A stretch of 64,000 nucleotides of DNA from Psammoneis japonica (lineage: Eukaryota): the NCBI GenBank assembly GCA_008632985.1, contig QPGO01000084.1, positions 62,001 to 126,000 on the forward strand, in the 5' to 3' direction. Of this stretch, positions 12,401 to 24,300 are shown piece after piece. A model generated the notes under the pieces. That model was not told where the DNA came from. It ran no database searches and saw only the letters and a program-made list of their open reading frames with translations. The stretch's first letter is position 1; each line of letters opens with the position of its first letter. The translations under genes and the position numbers were made by a program.

Positions 12401-13534
12401 GGAAGTGACCTCGATACGGGCTTGAAGCTGTCGGAAGTCAGTTCTCTCAACGAGTATTGGGAAGAATGCCGTGGATTGTACGGACCGTTTGAATCGGGCC
12501 AAAAGTCAGGATCTGCGGACGTGTATGTGCATGAAATGCCCGGGGGACAGTACACCAACCTGCTCTTCCAGAGCACTCAGTTGGGTTTGACTGGACAGTG
12601 GAGTCATGTAAAGAAGGCATACGCGTCGGCGAACCGCCTTTTGGGTGACATTATCAAGGTCACTCCGTCAAGCAAGGTCGTCGGTGATCTTGCACAGTTC
12701 TTGGTAGCGAACGATCTCACCGAGAAAGATGTGCTAGAAAAGGCTGAGACCCTAAGCTTCCCTAAGAGTGTCATTGAATACTTTCAGGGATACCTTGGAA
12801 TCCCGCCATTTGGATTCCCCGAAGATCTTCGTCAGAAGGTTGTCAAGGGAAAGACCATTGATGGACATCCAGAGTTGACATGCTTTGAGGGAAGGCCCGG
12901 TGCGGACCTCAAGCCGTTCGACTTTGAGGCTTCCAAGATCAAACTCGAGGAGAAGTGGGGACCCGATAGCCCGAATCCCAGTCACAACTTCCAGATTCGG
13001 GACGTCGACGTTATGTCGCATGCCATGTACCCCGACGTTTTTGACGATTACATGGAGCACAAGTCGGAGTACGGCCACGTTTCTTACTTGGACACTCGTA
13101 CCTTCTTGACTGGAATGAAGGTTGGCCAGGAGTTGACAGTTTCTCTTGAACCTGGAAAGCTACTTGTTGTCAAGCTCATTAGCAAGGGCGAACCCAACTC
13201 TGAGGGAATTGTGGATTTGCAATTTGAGCTCAATGGACAGCCGCGAATGGCGCACATCAAGGACAAGAGTGCCGGAGAAAGCATCAAGGAACGCCCGAAG
13301 GCTCTCATTGGCGTGGAGGGCAGCGTTGGAGCTCCAATGCCTGGAGTCGTCTTGGAAACTAAGGTCCAAAAGGGAGCGAAGGTGAAGATGGGCGACCCTC
13401 TCGTTTCTTTGTCTGCCATGAAGATGGAAACAATGGTGGCTGCACCTGTGAGCGGCGTCGTTGATAGGGTCGTTGTGACTGCAGGAGATCAGATTGAAGC
13501 TGGAGATTTGATTGTGGAAATCATTGAGGGTTGA
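9406..13534 (+). CDS. PYC: Pyruvate carboxylase, probably mitochondrial; exons 9406-9730, 10057-11847, 11922-13534 (about 1242 aa)
   Basis: [11 protein letters not shown] and [10 protein letters not shown] (biotin carboxylase), RDAHQSL and HVHTH (carboxyltransferase), AMKM biotin site. Two GT-AG introns keep the frame. Arg-rich, acid-free N-terminal presequence. Confidence 0.96.
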
Positions 13535-13848
13535 GGATGGCTCGCGAATGGTGCTTTTGCGTCTTTCTTATCTTTTTCACCCTCGGTGTAAATTTTAGTT
13601 CGAGTTTTGTATTCTTATATATCCTGCAAAAACACCTAGTAGCTAAGCCGATTCACGGCATACTTTTTCAGGCAACTACAGCACTGCAAAGGAGACGAAA
13701 AGCTAGTAGAAATACTTGTAAGAGAGTCTACAGTTTCCAGTGCAACTACTGGCATTAGTTTTAGAAAATGAAAGACAATCTCTTCCCTTCCACCTCTAGT
13801 AGTAAGTAGATTAGAGATAGAGTGTAGATTTCGACCCCTGGTTACTGA

Positions 13849-15819
13849 TCACGACTGTCTCGCCGAAAGGTCAGCGATTTCCTGCTTGTCGCATGGATCA
13901 AGCCTCCAGGATCGAAGGATTTTCTCAAAATGATCTCTGTTTCCGACAAAGACATCAGAGCTGCTGATGAAGGCATTTATTATCCACTCTTGCGTTCTTG
14001 ATGCCTGTGATACAAGCACGGAGCGAATCTCGTCGTACTGTGCGTCGCAAATATTAATGGTTTCAGCGAAGGCTTTGTCACCGACGTTGTGGTTCTTGTT
14101 TTGTCTCTCGAACGGGTCAAGGGGAGCTCCCAACTGGAGGAACTCTTGCATGTCGTCACGAAACCGTTGGGCTCTCTCTTCATCTTCGTCTTCGAGTTGC
14201 TCAAGTGAGTATAAGAACACCTTTGATGAAGTCGGTACCACCGCCATGTTGGGCTTCTTAGAGAGCGCTAACAGGTCTGATGCAGCCACATCTGTCTTGC
14301 CAAGCTGCATCAAATACAACTCAAATCTCGCGTTATCGGTAGATACGCCTTTCCATTCTCTGGAACCAACGAGGTCTTCTACAGATGGAATAGTCTCATC
14401 TGACGCGCCATTATTGTAAATTTCGGTGATTCGGTAATTGTAGAAGCTCTGAAAAAACTTGACAGGGTGTCGCACGCCAATTACAAGACGCGCATCTGGA
14501 GAATGATGATGTAGTCGTTCAAGACCGTGGAAGTTCTTGACGCCAGTTGGGCACTTCACCGCAGTCTTGACCGATGCGTCAGGCACGTCGAGCTTGTTCA
14601 AAGCTGCATTGAGCTTAGCAAATGCGTTCGAATCAGCAATGTTCGGATTAACAATATCGCATTGTTCCCTGTTGCCAATTGCTGTTTCCGGGTGGTTCTT
14701 CAATGTATACAACAGCGTGGTGGTGCCGCACTTGGGGAACCCTGCAACGAACAAGTCCAATGCCCGCCCAATGGAACCTTGATTCTGGACGATGGCACCA
14801 GAATCACTGACAAGGTTTCGCGCCCTGACACTCTGCGTCTGGTGAGCTTCTTCGTCTCGTTGAAGCTTCCTCTTGCCGTACCACCTGAGTCTTGACCACG
14901 GGCTGGTGTATCCTGATCGGAAGCGAGAGTGATTATTTCTGGAGTGATTCAACCAAGAAAGCGGCTTAGTGTATTGGGTCCGAGTATAAGTTGGCCGGAA
15001 TCGAGAAACGGTCGGCCGTGAATGGGACCGACTGCTGGTCCTGGACCGGCTACTCGTCCTGGACCTTGTTCGGGACCGAGAATGACTTGAGGGGTCTGAA
15101 GGCCTCGGAGTTCGACCTCGCCAACTCCTGAATCTTGAGCTCCAGCTGGTGTACCCGCTATTACGGTTGTTGTACCATTGGAAAAAGGTAGTAGAAGGAG
15201 TGCTGGAACTATTCGAAGGTGAGCGAGACTCGTTGTTTTCGGGAGTGCCAGACACCTCTTCGTCGGTGTCTCCTGGCTCTTCCCCAGTCTCGGTGTCAGG
15301 GTCTCCACTACTACCAGTTGGCATCGACATCCCTAATTCTTCACCACTTCCAGTTCGAGGCTGTGAAGTTGGCATCGACATCCCTAATTCTTCACCACTT
15401 CCGGTTCGAGGCTGTGAAGTTGCCATCGACATCCCTAATCCTTCACCACTTCCAGTTCTCATCGACATCCCTAATTCTTCACCACTTCCAGTTCGCTGCA
15501 CTGAATTTTCTGTAATCATTCTCATCCAATGTCGCATGTCTTCCTCTGTAACATTTTCTTCTTCCGGCGTCTTTCGTATCATTCCATTCTCTTGTGAATA
15601 CGAGCTGACAGTATTCTTTGCGACACGATACACAGCACGACGGAGACCTGTGGAAGCCCGAAATCTAACAGTTTCTCTCGGATCATTTTCTCCTCCCGCC
15701 GTGGGATCGTCAAATCCTCTCGATGAACTTTTCCACAAGTAGTTCACACCTTCATTAGTTACACAGACAAACACCAAACTAATGGTCAAAGACCCGATCA
15801 ACAACCTCAGAAGTCTCAT
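13849..15819 (-). CDS. Type-II membrane sulfotransferase-like protein, paralogue 1
   Basis: N-terminal hydrophobic anchor (MRLLRLLIGSLTISLVFVCV); PAPS-binding-like FVAGFPKCGTTTL and RHPVKFFQSFYNY; low-complexity stem. Confidence 0.8.
   Translation of the reverse strand: MRLLRLLIGSLTISLVFVCVTNEGVNYLWKSSSRGFDDPTAGGENDPRETVRFRASTGLRRAVYRVAKNTVSSYSQENGMIRKTPEEENVTEEDMRHWMRMITENSVQRTGSGEELGMSMRTGSGEGLGMSMATSQPRTGSGEELGMSMPTSQPRTGSGEELGMSMPTGSSGDPDTETGEEPGDTDEEVSGTPENNESRSPSNSSSTPSTTFFQWYNNRNSGYTSWSSRFRSWRGRTPRPSDPSSHSRSRTRSRTSSRSRTSSRSHSRPTVSRFRPTYTRTQYTKPLSWLNHSRNNHSRFRSGYTSPWSRLRWYGKRKLQRDEEAHQTQSVRARNLVSDSGAIVQNQGSIGRALDLFVAGFPKCGTTTLLYTLKNHPETAIGNREQCDIVNPNIADSNAFAKLNAALNKLDVPDASVKTAVKCPTGVKNFHGLERLHHHSPDARLVIGVRHPVKFFQSFYNYRITEIYNNGASDETIPSVEDLVGSREWKGVSTDNARFELYLMQLGKTDVAASDLLALSKKPNMAVVPTSSKVFLYSLEQLEDEDEERAQRFRDDMQEFLQLGAPLDPFERQNKNHNVGDKAFAETINICDAQYDEIRSVLVSQASRTQEWIINAFISSSDVFVGNRDHFEKILRSWRLDPCDKQEIADLSARQS
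15313..15495. repeat. Coding tandem repeat (RTGSGEELGMSM x4)
   Basis: ATCGACATCCCTAATTCTTCACCACTTCCAGTTC-type units at 36-54 bp spacing. Confidence 0.85.
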
Positions 15820-16410
15820 GTCTATATACCCCAAGTTATAGCCAAGTTTGGTCGTTGCAAAAAGTTTGCGGACAATACACAGATGACCCCTTTCCCTGCA
15901 ATAGCACAATCGGTTCGTTTAGTGGTCGGAGCTCTTCCAAAACTCTCTACTTTACGATCACCGCATTTATTACCTGGTCTTTTGTCATCGGTCATCGAGG
16001 CGATAGTGCCAAACAGACTAATCGTTTAAGCCTCAATCGTGGGAATAATTGTTTCTCAAGAGTTGTGAGGTCACTGTGACTAAAATGGTCATTACGTGCA
16101 TAATTCGCTTAATCACGTTTTTGTGACGATGACCAAAAATTTTTAATGAACTTTATTCGTGCTTTGTAAAGATGATAATGATCCCTGTTTAGCCAGGTGA
16201 CCACCAAATTTTCAAAAGATTAGTCCAGTTCCGTCGGTCCTACCGTAGGGGGTAGGGGGCCTATGTACCGGTATCCTGTCACGGACTGGGACAACAGTCG
16301 AACACGAAACGAAAACAGCTCGAAATTCGAAATGCTGTGCTGGCTGGTCCTTGGTCCTTGGCTCTGTCGTCAGCACTGAGTGACGTTTGCAAACTTGCTT
16401 CAGCTCTTGT

Positions 16411-16499
16411 CGTTCCAAATTATCATATCTATAGAAAGAAAGAGAGTAGCTACAGTACGTTCCAAATTATCATATCTCTAGAAAGACAGAGAGTAGCTA
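16411..16499. repeat. Intergenic direct repeat, 2 copies, 47-bp period
   Basis: CGTTCCAAATTATCATATCT.TAGAAAGA.AGAGAGTAGCTA at 16411 and 16458. Confidence 0.8.
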
Positions 16500-17127
16500 G
16501 AGTACACTATAGCATCTGTCACGTGTTCGCATTACCTCCGTTCTCCTCTCCGCTTGTTCTTTTTTGACCGAGGACTCGGCACTTGTCATCGGCTTCCGTG
16601 ATCCCTCCGCCAAAAGAATAGTATACGGTGGGTCAGGGCACGATGTTTTTGAACGCGAAGCCTTGAGCCAAAAACTTTGTATTATTTTGTTTTACTCTGC
16701 TTTTTGCAACTTATCAACTGGTGTATGTACGATTCTTTACGCTGTCTCTCCAATGAGAGTTTCAATTCCTGTTAATGTTTTAAAAGAACCGGAGCCTTTG
16801 CTCTATTAGTAGGACAGGAACTGCTGGTGGGGCAGGCCTCCGACGAATGTCTTTACCTTAGCTATTTTGTGCTTCAACCACTGTTAGCCGGCACTCTTGT
16901 TCGACATCCACAACCCACATCGCATGCTCTGTAGACCAGCTCACTTCTACTCTATCGGGGTGCTATCTTTTTACGCGGTCACCTTGGGTAATTCTGGGTA
17001 CATCTTGCTCGAAACAAACTAACACTTGTAATTTCATTTTTGAGATGCAAAAGAAGCACTCGTAGTCTTTAATCGTTCTTTACACTGTCTTTACACTTGA
17101 ACACAATCTCTCTTCACGAATATTAAG

Positions 17128-18897
17128 TTATGCCTCCAATGCTGTTTTATCCCCTATTGCTGTCATTGAACCTCTGATGCAAGGATCCTTTCCCCATGTG
17201 TCGAGAATCTGTAAGAAATGATCTTTGTTCCCCACAGACACGTCGGGATTCACTAGGAACTGATTCCTTATCCATTCTTCTGACTTCTTACCCTGATAGA
17301 CAAGTAAACCGCGAATGTGATCATATTTCGCATCGCAGATATCAATGGTTTCTGGGAAAGCTCTTTCGCCCACAAAGTGATTAATATTTTCCTGTTGAAA
17401 AGGCGCCAGTGGCTTCTCAAGTTGCAGAAATTCCTTCATATCTTGTCGAAACTTGCCACCTCTTTCTTCGTCGGTGTCTTCGAGTTGTTCCAATGAGTAC
17501 AAGAATATGTTAAAGGATGATGGGACCACAGCCATGCCCGGGTGTCCAATAAATTCCTTCCTGTCAGATACAGACATTTTAGTCTTTCCCAACTGCATCA
17601 AGAACGTTTCAAACCGAGCATTGTCGGTTGAAACGCCTTTCCATTCATCAGACCCAACAAGCTCCTCAACGGATGGGATGGGTTCGTCCTTTTTGCCCTT
17701 AGTATGAACTTCTGTGATTCGGTAGTTGTAGAAACTCTGAAAGTATTTGACAGGATGGCGGAGTCCAATCACAATGCGGGCATGCGGTGAGTGCTGGACG
17801 AGGCGCTTCATGCCATATGAATTCCGCAGTCCGGCGGGGCACTTGATGGCAGTCTTGGTAGCACCAACATTGGCTTCAGTTAGATCATCCATGGCATCGT
17901 CGAGCAGCATTAGAGCTTCTTCGTCGGAGAACTTGGGGCTTGTAATGTCACAATGCTCGCGTTCACCTATTGCAGTCTCTGGATGATTCTTGAGAGAGTA
18001 GAGCAATGTCGTTGTGCCACACTTGGGGAATCCTGCAATGAAAAAATCCAAGCGCCGAGATGCCTCGCCGCTATTAGTTGAGACAGCATCGATCTGCTCT
18101 GCAGGCCCTGAAGTCTCGACGGCAAGGTTTCTCTCCCTCCATTTGCCTCCGTACTGATAGTGATTGTACCTTGAAGAGCTGTATCTGCTTCTTGGGTATC
18201 GGCTGCTTTTACCGGTTGTCCACGAAGAGCTTTGGCGGACACGCGGACTATACTGGTATGTAGGTCTCCTCCAGGTACTCCAGGACAATCTCGACCACCA
18301 GCTGCTTCGTGAAGATGGAGATCTGGTAGAACTAGTTCGACTTTGAGTTCTTGTTCTCGAGCTCGATGATCTTGACAACCAGTTGCTTCCACCGCCACAG
18401 CCCGTTCCATACCATTTGCAAAAGAAAACAGAGGAAATCCGACCCCCCGTGCTTGGCTCGTTCCCACCCTCACCTTCACCCTCATCTGGAGGACCAGACA
18501 CTTCTGTAGGTGGTTGAGTTCCTGCATTTGTGGTGGGTGGCTCTGTCGTTGGGGTAGGAGTAGGCGGCTGAGTTTCAACAGGGGCGGCGGGAGGTGCAGT
18601 GGTGCTCTGTTGAAGAACTCGATTCCAGTACCTTGTCTCGTCGTTTCTAATGGAGTCGCCACGAGAGTTATATTTCACAGAGGCTTGTGTTCTACTCTCT
18701 TTCACGCGGTAAACCATCCGTCTCAACGTCTTGTTCTTGGTTGGATCATACTTTGTTGCTTGATTTTTCGCCTCAGCTCGTCGTTTCGAAAAAGGCAACC
18801 TCTCAACCAAATCTCCCGTCACATTTTCATGATGAACACTCACAACCAAAAAAGCAGCGAGGCACATGGCCCCGACGAAGGCAACGGGTCGAAACAT
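17128..18897 (-). CDS. Type-II membrane sulfotransferase-like protein, paralogue 2
   Basis: FFIAGFPKCGTTTL and RHPVKYFQSFYNY; colinear with paralogue 1; N-terminal hydrophobic anchor. Confidence 0.8.
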   Translation of the reverse strand: MFRPVAFVGAMCLAAFLVVSVHHENVTGDLVERLPFSKRRAEAKNQATKYDPTKNKTLRRMVYRVKESRTQASVKYNSRGDSIRNDETRYWNRVLQQSTTAPPAAPVETQPPTPTPTTEPPTTNAGTQPPTEVSGPPDEGEGEGGNEPSTGGRISSVFFCKWYGTGCGGGSNWLSRSSSSRTRTQSRTSSTRSPSSRSSWWSRLSWSTWRRPTYQYSPRVRQSSSWTTGKSSRYPRSRYSSSRYNHYQYGGKWRERNLAVETSGPAEQIDAVSTNSGEASRRLDFFIAGFPKCGTTTLLYSLKNHPETAIGEREHCDITSPKFSDEEALMLLDDAMDDLTEANVGATKTAIKCPAGLRNSYGMKRLVQHSPHARIVIGLRHPVKYFQSFYNYRITEVHTKGKKDEPIPSVEELVGSDEWKGVSTDNARFETFLMQLGKTKMSVSDRKEFIGHPGMAVVPSSFNIFLYSLEQLEDTDEERGGKFRQDMKEFLQLEKPLAPFQQENINHFVGERAFPETIDICDAKYDHIRGLLVYQGKKSEEWIRNQFLVNPDVSVGNKDHFLQILDTWGKDPCIRGSMTAIGDKTALEA

Positions 18898-19571
18898 CTT
18901 GCTTGATGTGTTCTCGGTTGAGGTGTTTTCAGAAAAATAGTTATTGCTTAGGCAGACCGATTCTACCTGCAGGGCAACAATAAACGCCAGGTTCTAACTA
19001 CTCCTTTGCCCGCCAAAAAATGAAATGTGGGGCTTTATAGTGCGCGGTCATGGACGCGGTCTTTTTTTACAGAAAAGTCTCATTTTAAACTCCGAGTCAT
19101 AGAGAGATGTCTGGCACTCCTAAATCATCGATGGAATTTCTGTCCGTTGTGATCTTGCGAAATTTCGGCACTGGGTAGGGCTATTGAGTATTCAGCACTT
19201 GGTACATGAAGAGAAGCGGTTCCTCTTGTTGGGCCTTCTCTAGAAATCGCTTCTCGACCAGTCTCGCGACGAGATTGTGAGTTGTGAACAAATGGGTGCT
19301 TGTTCTTCCGATGTGTACCCTTTTAGGTTTCGCAAGAACTCTCTACTAGTCTTAACATTTCGTGTATGATAGAGCGCGAAAAAAAGAAGCGCAACACTGT
19401 GTTTAGAGAGCTTGCCAGTGGTCCAGTTGGCTAGAGAGAGGCCCCGCAAAGATGAAACTCTCTCAGTTGACAAAAACAGCACGTTAATCGAGAGGTTAAG
19501 CATGACATCAAAAAACTGGCTTTCTGTGCCTCTAGTAGGCGCTTGTGAAGCCCATTCACATCGATAAAAAT

Positions 19572-21113
19572 CTAGGTGCTAGAAACCAAGCCAACCTCGA
19601 CCAACACCTCCATGATTTGTTCCACCATGCCAACCATCTGCTCCTCGTCCAAGTGTCCAAGGTTAAAGAGACGATGGCCAACCAACCACTGCTTTAGTTC
19701 GGGAACGCCCAACCATTTCTTGAGATTGCATGCTCGTTGCACGTATCCATGAGTTGAGGAAATAACGCCCACATCACCCCCCGACGGACCCAGCGGTTGC
19801 TTGGCTTGCATTGGATCTGGCTGCGGTGCCAGACACATTTCATTCTTTTCGTCATTGGACAGCTTGTCACCCAGAGATTCCAACTTGCCAAAGAGAGAGC
19901 CAACAAAGCAAAATCCAGGAGTGCCGTACACGTCTTGAATGGAAATGACCTCGTCCCCAAACACGGGTGGCGCTGCCTCGGGATGCTTAGAGTAGTTGAA
20001 TGCGCCCGCCGAGGCGTGAACAAAGGTAGTATCCGTCAATGTCCAGGGCAAGGGAGCCGTCGTGTTATCTTTGAATTCCAAGTCGCCATTGTCACGAATG
20101 GCTTTCACTCGACCGCAATGACGAATCACTCGGGTAACCTTGTTAATTACAGTCATTTCATGCTTACACAGCGTTGCATCCTTGAACTTTGTTGGCAATG
20201 CGTTTGCCTCGTTGCTCAATCGGTACACCTTGCCCATGCGTTCCCATTGCAAAAATCCTTCTTGAAAGAAATCCTCCGACGTGACTATCTCGTCAAGACT
20301 CTTTCCGCTTTTGCTGGATTCCGCCTTGGCAATCTCTGTGCACGTATGAAGGAACTCCATGCAGCTACCTATATTCTCTCGAGCAGTGATCCAAGCGTCA
20401 TTGGGAACGACCCACATGATATCGTCGTGTTTGATGTTCAATCGCGTTTGCAGGTATACAATGGCGTCCATGCCCGTCTTACCACCCCCAACGACCACGT
20501 AATGACTGCAAGGCTTGGATGATTCGTCCGACAGTGCATTGACCGGGACGCAGTGGATATGTTTTGGATCAAAAGTGAATTTCGGTGCCACATGGACGGG
20601 AAGATCGGGCTCGAGATAGCGTGCATCCACCACCTTTTTCAGCACACGTACTGTGGTAGTAGTAGCGCCTGGTTGTTGCAGTCGATAACAAGTACCACTA
20701 CCATCGTCTTCGAGTTGGGTGCTATTCAACTGAGAAAAGTCAAACCACCTTTCACCCTTAAACCGAAAGTCGAACGTTTTCTCCAGCCTGTGGGAAACAT
20801 TCTCGTAATAAGTCAGAATTTCTTCTCGCGTGGCAAGGTGCCCCGTATCATTGAGAGGTTCCAACCGTTCCGATTCCACACCATATCCTTTGGAAGGCTG
20901 ATGAAGTTGAACAAAGGAATAAGAATCGTTCCACTGTCCACCCGGATTTGCATGCTTGTCCACCATGAGAATACTCGGTGGCGGCGCAGAATGTGCGAGA
21001 AGCGAGTCCACAAATGCCATTCCCGTGGCTCCTGCACCAATCACGAGGTAGTCACATGTTGTGGCCCGTCTGGATGCCTCGTCATTATCCTTTTTTTCCT
21101 CTTGTTGTTTCAT
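19572..21113 (-). CDS. FAD/NAD(P)-dependent oxidoreductase
   Basis: DYLVIGAGATG and VVVGGGKTG Rossmann motifs, GGQWNDSYSFVQLHQP; single 513-aa ORF. Confidence 0.85.
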   Translation of the reverse strand: MKQQEEKKDNDEASRRATTCDYLVIGAGATGMAFVDSLLAHSAPPPSILMVDKHANPGGQWNDSYSFVQLHQPSKGYGVESERLEPLNDTGHLATREEILTYYENVSHRLEKTFDFRFKGERWFDFSQLNSTQLEDDGSGTCYRLQQPGATTTTVRVLKKVVDARYLEPDLPVHVAPKFTFDPKHIHCVPVNALSDESSKPCSHYVVVGGGKTGMDAIVYLQTRLNIKHDDIMWVVPNDAWITARENIGSCMEFLHTCTEIAKAESSKSGKSLDEIVTSEDFFQEGFLQWERMGKVYRLSNEANALPTKFKDATLCKHEMTVINKVTRVIRHCGRVKAIRDNGDLEFKDNTTAPLPWTLTDTTFVHASAGAFNYSKHPEAAPPVFGDEVISIQDVYGTPGFCFVGSLFGKLESLGDKLSNDEKNEMCLAPQPDPMQAKQPLGPSGGDVGVISSTHGYVQRACNLKKWLGVPELKQWLVGHRLFNLGHLDEEQMVGMVEQIMEVLVEVGLVSST

Positions 21114-21349
21114 CGTGTCTTCGTCTTTGGTGTGTGTGACCAGGTCGCATTTTCAATTCAATTCTTTCTCATTTTGGGAGATTTGGTGGTCTTCGTCGTT
21201 CGTGACTGTCGTGTGTCGTGGATGCATGCTCGTATTGTACCTGCTGCACGGTCGTTGCACCCGAAGATCGATGATTCACTCCCACCCCTACCTGCGCATG
21301 TGGAGAATGTGGTTTTGATGTCATGGTGATGTAATGTTCACGTCATGGA

Positions 21350-24300
21350 TTTTTCATATGCCATCACATCACCACTGTAGATTTTGCATTTGCACTTCTA
21401 GTGCACAAATGCCAACAGCAACAGGAAAAATCCTGAAACGAGTTTTTACCGACATGGGCCAGTGCTTGTTTGTTTTGATCATCTTGCTGATGTTGGTGAT
21501 GTTGACATGCCCTGACATCACCTGCACTGTGCCCTGAAATGGGCGTGCATGTGCAACATGTCCAGCGCACTTTTTGTCATTTGGCCAGGCAATGTGAGCA
21601 ACTCAAACCATGCCCGCCCCTGCTGATTTGGTTGTTGCCAGCACAACAACATGGTGTGAGCTCACACAGAAAAATCATGGATTCCTGACAACTCCACCTG
21701 CAGGAGGATTGTCTCCTCCTTTGGTCACAAATGGCAGCATCTGGGCAATTGACTTGCAGTTTTGAAAGTGTTGAAGGCAACACTGGGCTCAGCTGGAGGC
21801 TGCGCTTGCTTTTTGTTTTGGCTCACAAAATGCCCACTGGCAAAGGAAGAGCAATTTTGTCTTTCCGTGTCACCTTGGGGCGCAGCAAATCATCTGAATC
21901 ACATGGACACCTCCTGCTCAGAACACTCCACACCATGCTTGCAAAATGTTCCCTGGTCATGTTGGATGCAAGCCAAAGACAGAAATTGAGCAAAAAGCTC
22001 AAATGACAAATGAGAGCATGTGAAGGTTCTTTGCTTGGGGCCCCCAACATCCTGTGCCTCCAGCTGGTTTTTCAAGACTCTCGAGGTGTTGCTTGCACTT
22101 GGCGTCAAATGTTGGCACCACATCAACCAACATGCCATGGTCAACTTGGGTTTCATTGCATGCTTGCATTCTGAGAAAGGGAAAAAATGATGTTGTGGAC
22201 AGTGAATTTTTTTCTTGTGTGAAATCTCACAGCAGTGGCCACGCAGATTGACTTTGCAGTGATCAACCACAACAGTTCTTAAAGTGCTGCTTGGTGTCAG
22301 ACAAGACCTCCAATGCCCTCAGGCTGCTGTGGCTGCAGAAGCAGCTGGGGGGCACAACTGCACAAGAGGGGCTTCTTGTGACACTTCATCTGGGGGTTTG
22401 TGAAAGACCCTCAATGCCCTCAGGCTGCAGCTGTTGGGTTGACTGGCCCTTGAAGCAGGGGCACACCCAAATCTCACCCTTGCGGATGGACAAAATGACA
22501 GCTGTGTTAGATGGACTTTTCAATGTGCTCAGCCATGGCTGTCAAAATGCTCCCTTGTGCACACCAAAGATCCCAGCAAATGCCCTCACCCTGCAGTTGT
22601 TTTTGTTTTTTGGCCCCATCAGGGGGCCCAACAACTCTGGAGTTGGGGGGGGGGGCAACTCAAGTCTCCCTCCAGCACAAATGTGGCAACACAGTGCAAC
22701 AGGACAACAAGTGTGCTTCTCAACCATAGATGCCAGTGTGTTGCCTTGCATCCATCAAAGACCCCCAGTGCCCTCAGTTTGCAGTTGTTGGGCTGGCTGG
22801 CCCCAAGAGGGGGGCAACATTGCAAAAAAAGGGGGGGGGGGGGGCAACTCAAAAGAGAGCCTTCTCATTCTGTGCTGTCGCATCTCCACCCAGCAACACC
22901 AGGAGTGCAGGTCAAGAACCCAAACACTTTTTTCACACTGTGGGGTGTGGCAAATTGATTTCAGCGGTGCTCACCCAGAACAGCTGGCAACAATCTGCGT
23001 GCAGCGCAGCTCAAGAGAGAACCTTTGCCTGTCCGCATCTTCCTCCTTTTGCCATCCTTCTGCTGCCACCCTGTTTTGCCCACTTTGTCTTTGCTCCTCT
23101 GACTCCTGCCTGCTCTCCTCCTGCCTCTCTCTCCCACATGACTGTGCCATCTTCTCTTTTCATCCCACCCAACCCTTCCCCAGCTTCGGCAGCTCCTTTG
23201 ATGCCTGCTTCTGCCAGCCCTCCTGCTTCTCATTCATTTCACTGGGCTTTCCCAACCCTTGCTTGACAAACAAACAACCACGGAGAATGCCCAACGCAAC
23301 TGCTGTTTGTCAAGAGGAGTTGACATCCATTTGATCTTTTTCATCTTTTCTGTTTGCTGGCGAAAAATCAACAAAGCCAGAGATGGCACACAACAACACA
23401 CAACAAGTTGCAGTCATTCAAGGACCTGCTGGTGCAATGACTGTGCTCTTGTGAGCTGGATCTCAAGGATGCCATTTCACTCCTCATGGGTCATGATGAA
23501 CGCGATTGCAAATCTCCTGCACGGCACTTCTTTTGGCAAGCCATCATGAAGATTTCATGAAAGATCAAAGATTGGTTGATGCGCGTGTCCTTGGCCTGCT
23601 TTGTTGTCAGCCACTCATTGCAAAGGAGAGAATGAGTTTGTGGATCTCACATCAGCAACAATGGCAGCCACTCTCTGTGGGCATTTTTGCCATGCAGGGA
23701 TGCTTTTTGAAGGACACTCGGCCATGGGTGTCTCCACACTGTTGCTGCCAAACATTGAATGCACAGTTGCCTCAAATCCAAAGTTGAGCACAAAGGAAGA
23801 GGACATGGATGTGCTGTGCCCAGCTGTCCACACAGCTTCTCCATCTGCTTGTGCACAAGTTTTGGCTGGTGCTCTTTAATCATTCAGCTGTTTGGTCAGA
23901 AGGCGTGATTGACATCAGAGCTTTGCAGGAGCAAACCTTTTTGTAAAGACCAACTCTGTCATGCTCTTTGCAATGCCTTGGCTCAAAGATCCCTGTTGGC
24001 CTCTCCAGGAAGCACTTGACATTGTTTTTCAAATTGCCTGTTCAAGTCATTCAAGCAGAAGCATGATGCTGTCTTGCTCAGTGCACTTGCCATGTGTCTG
24101 TGAGTTTGCTCACCCTGAGTGAGGTGTTGAAGTTCCATCCTGCACTCAGAAGCAGGTTTTGAGACATTGCATGGGGATCAAATGGTGTGAGCATGTTCTG
24201 TCAAACGCACTCGGAGGAGATTGATTTGGCATGCCATCTTCTGTTGTCTGGAACAACAACTCTTGATGATCTGTTCGAATGTGGTTTTGGAGATCTCAAC

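Noticed and set aside
10053..13419. Antisense and alternate-frame ORFs over PYC
   Set aside because: Shadows of codon bias in the real gene.
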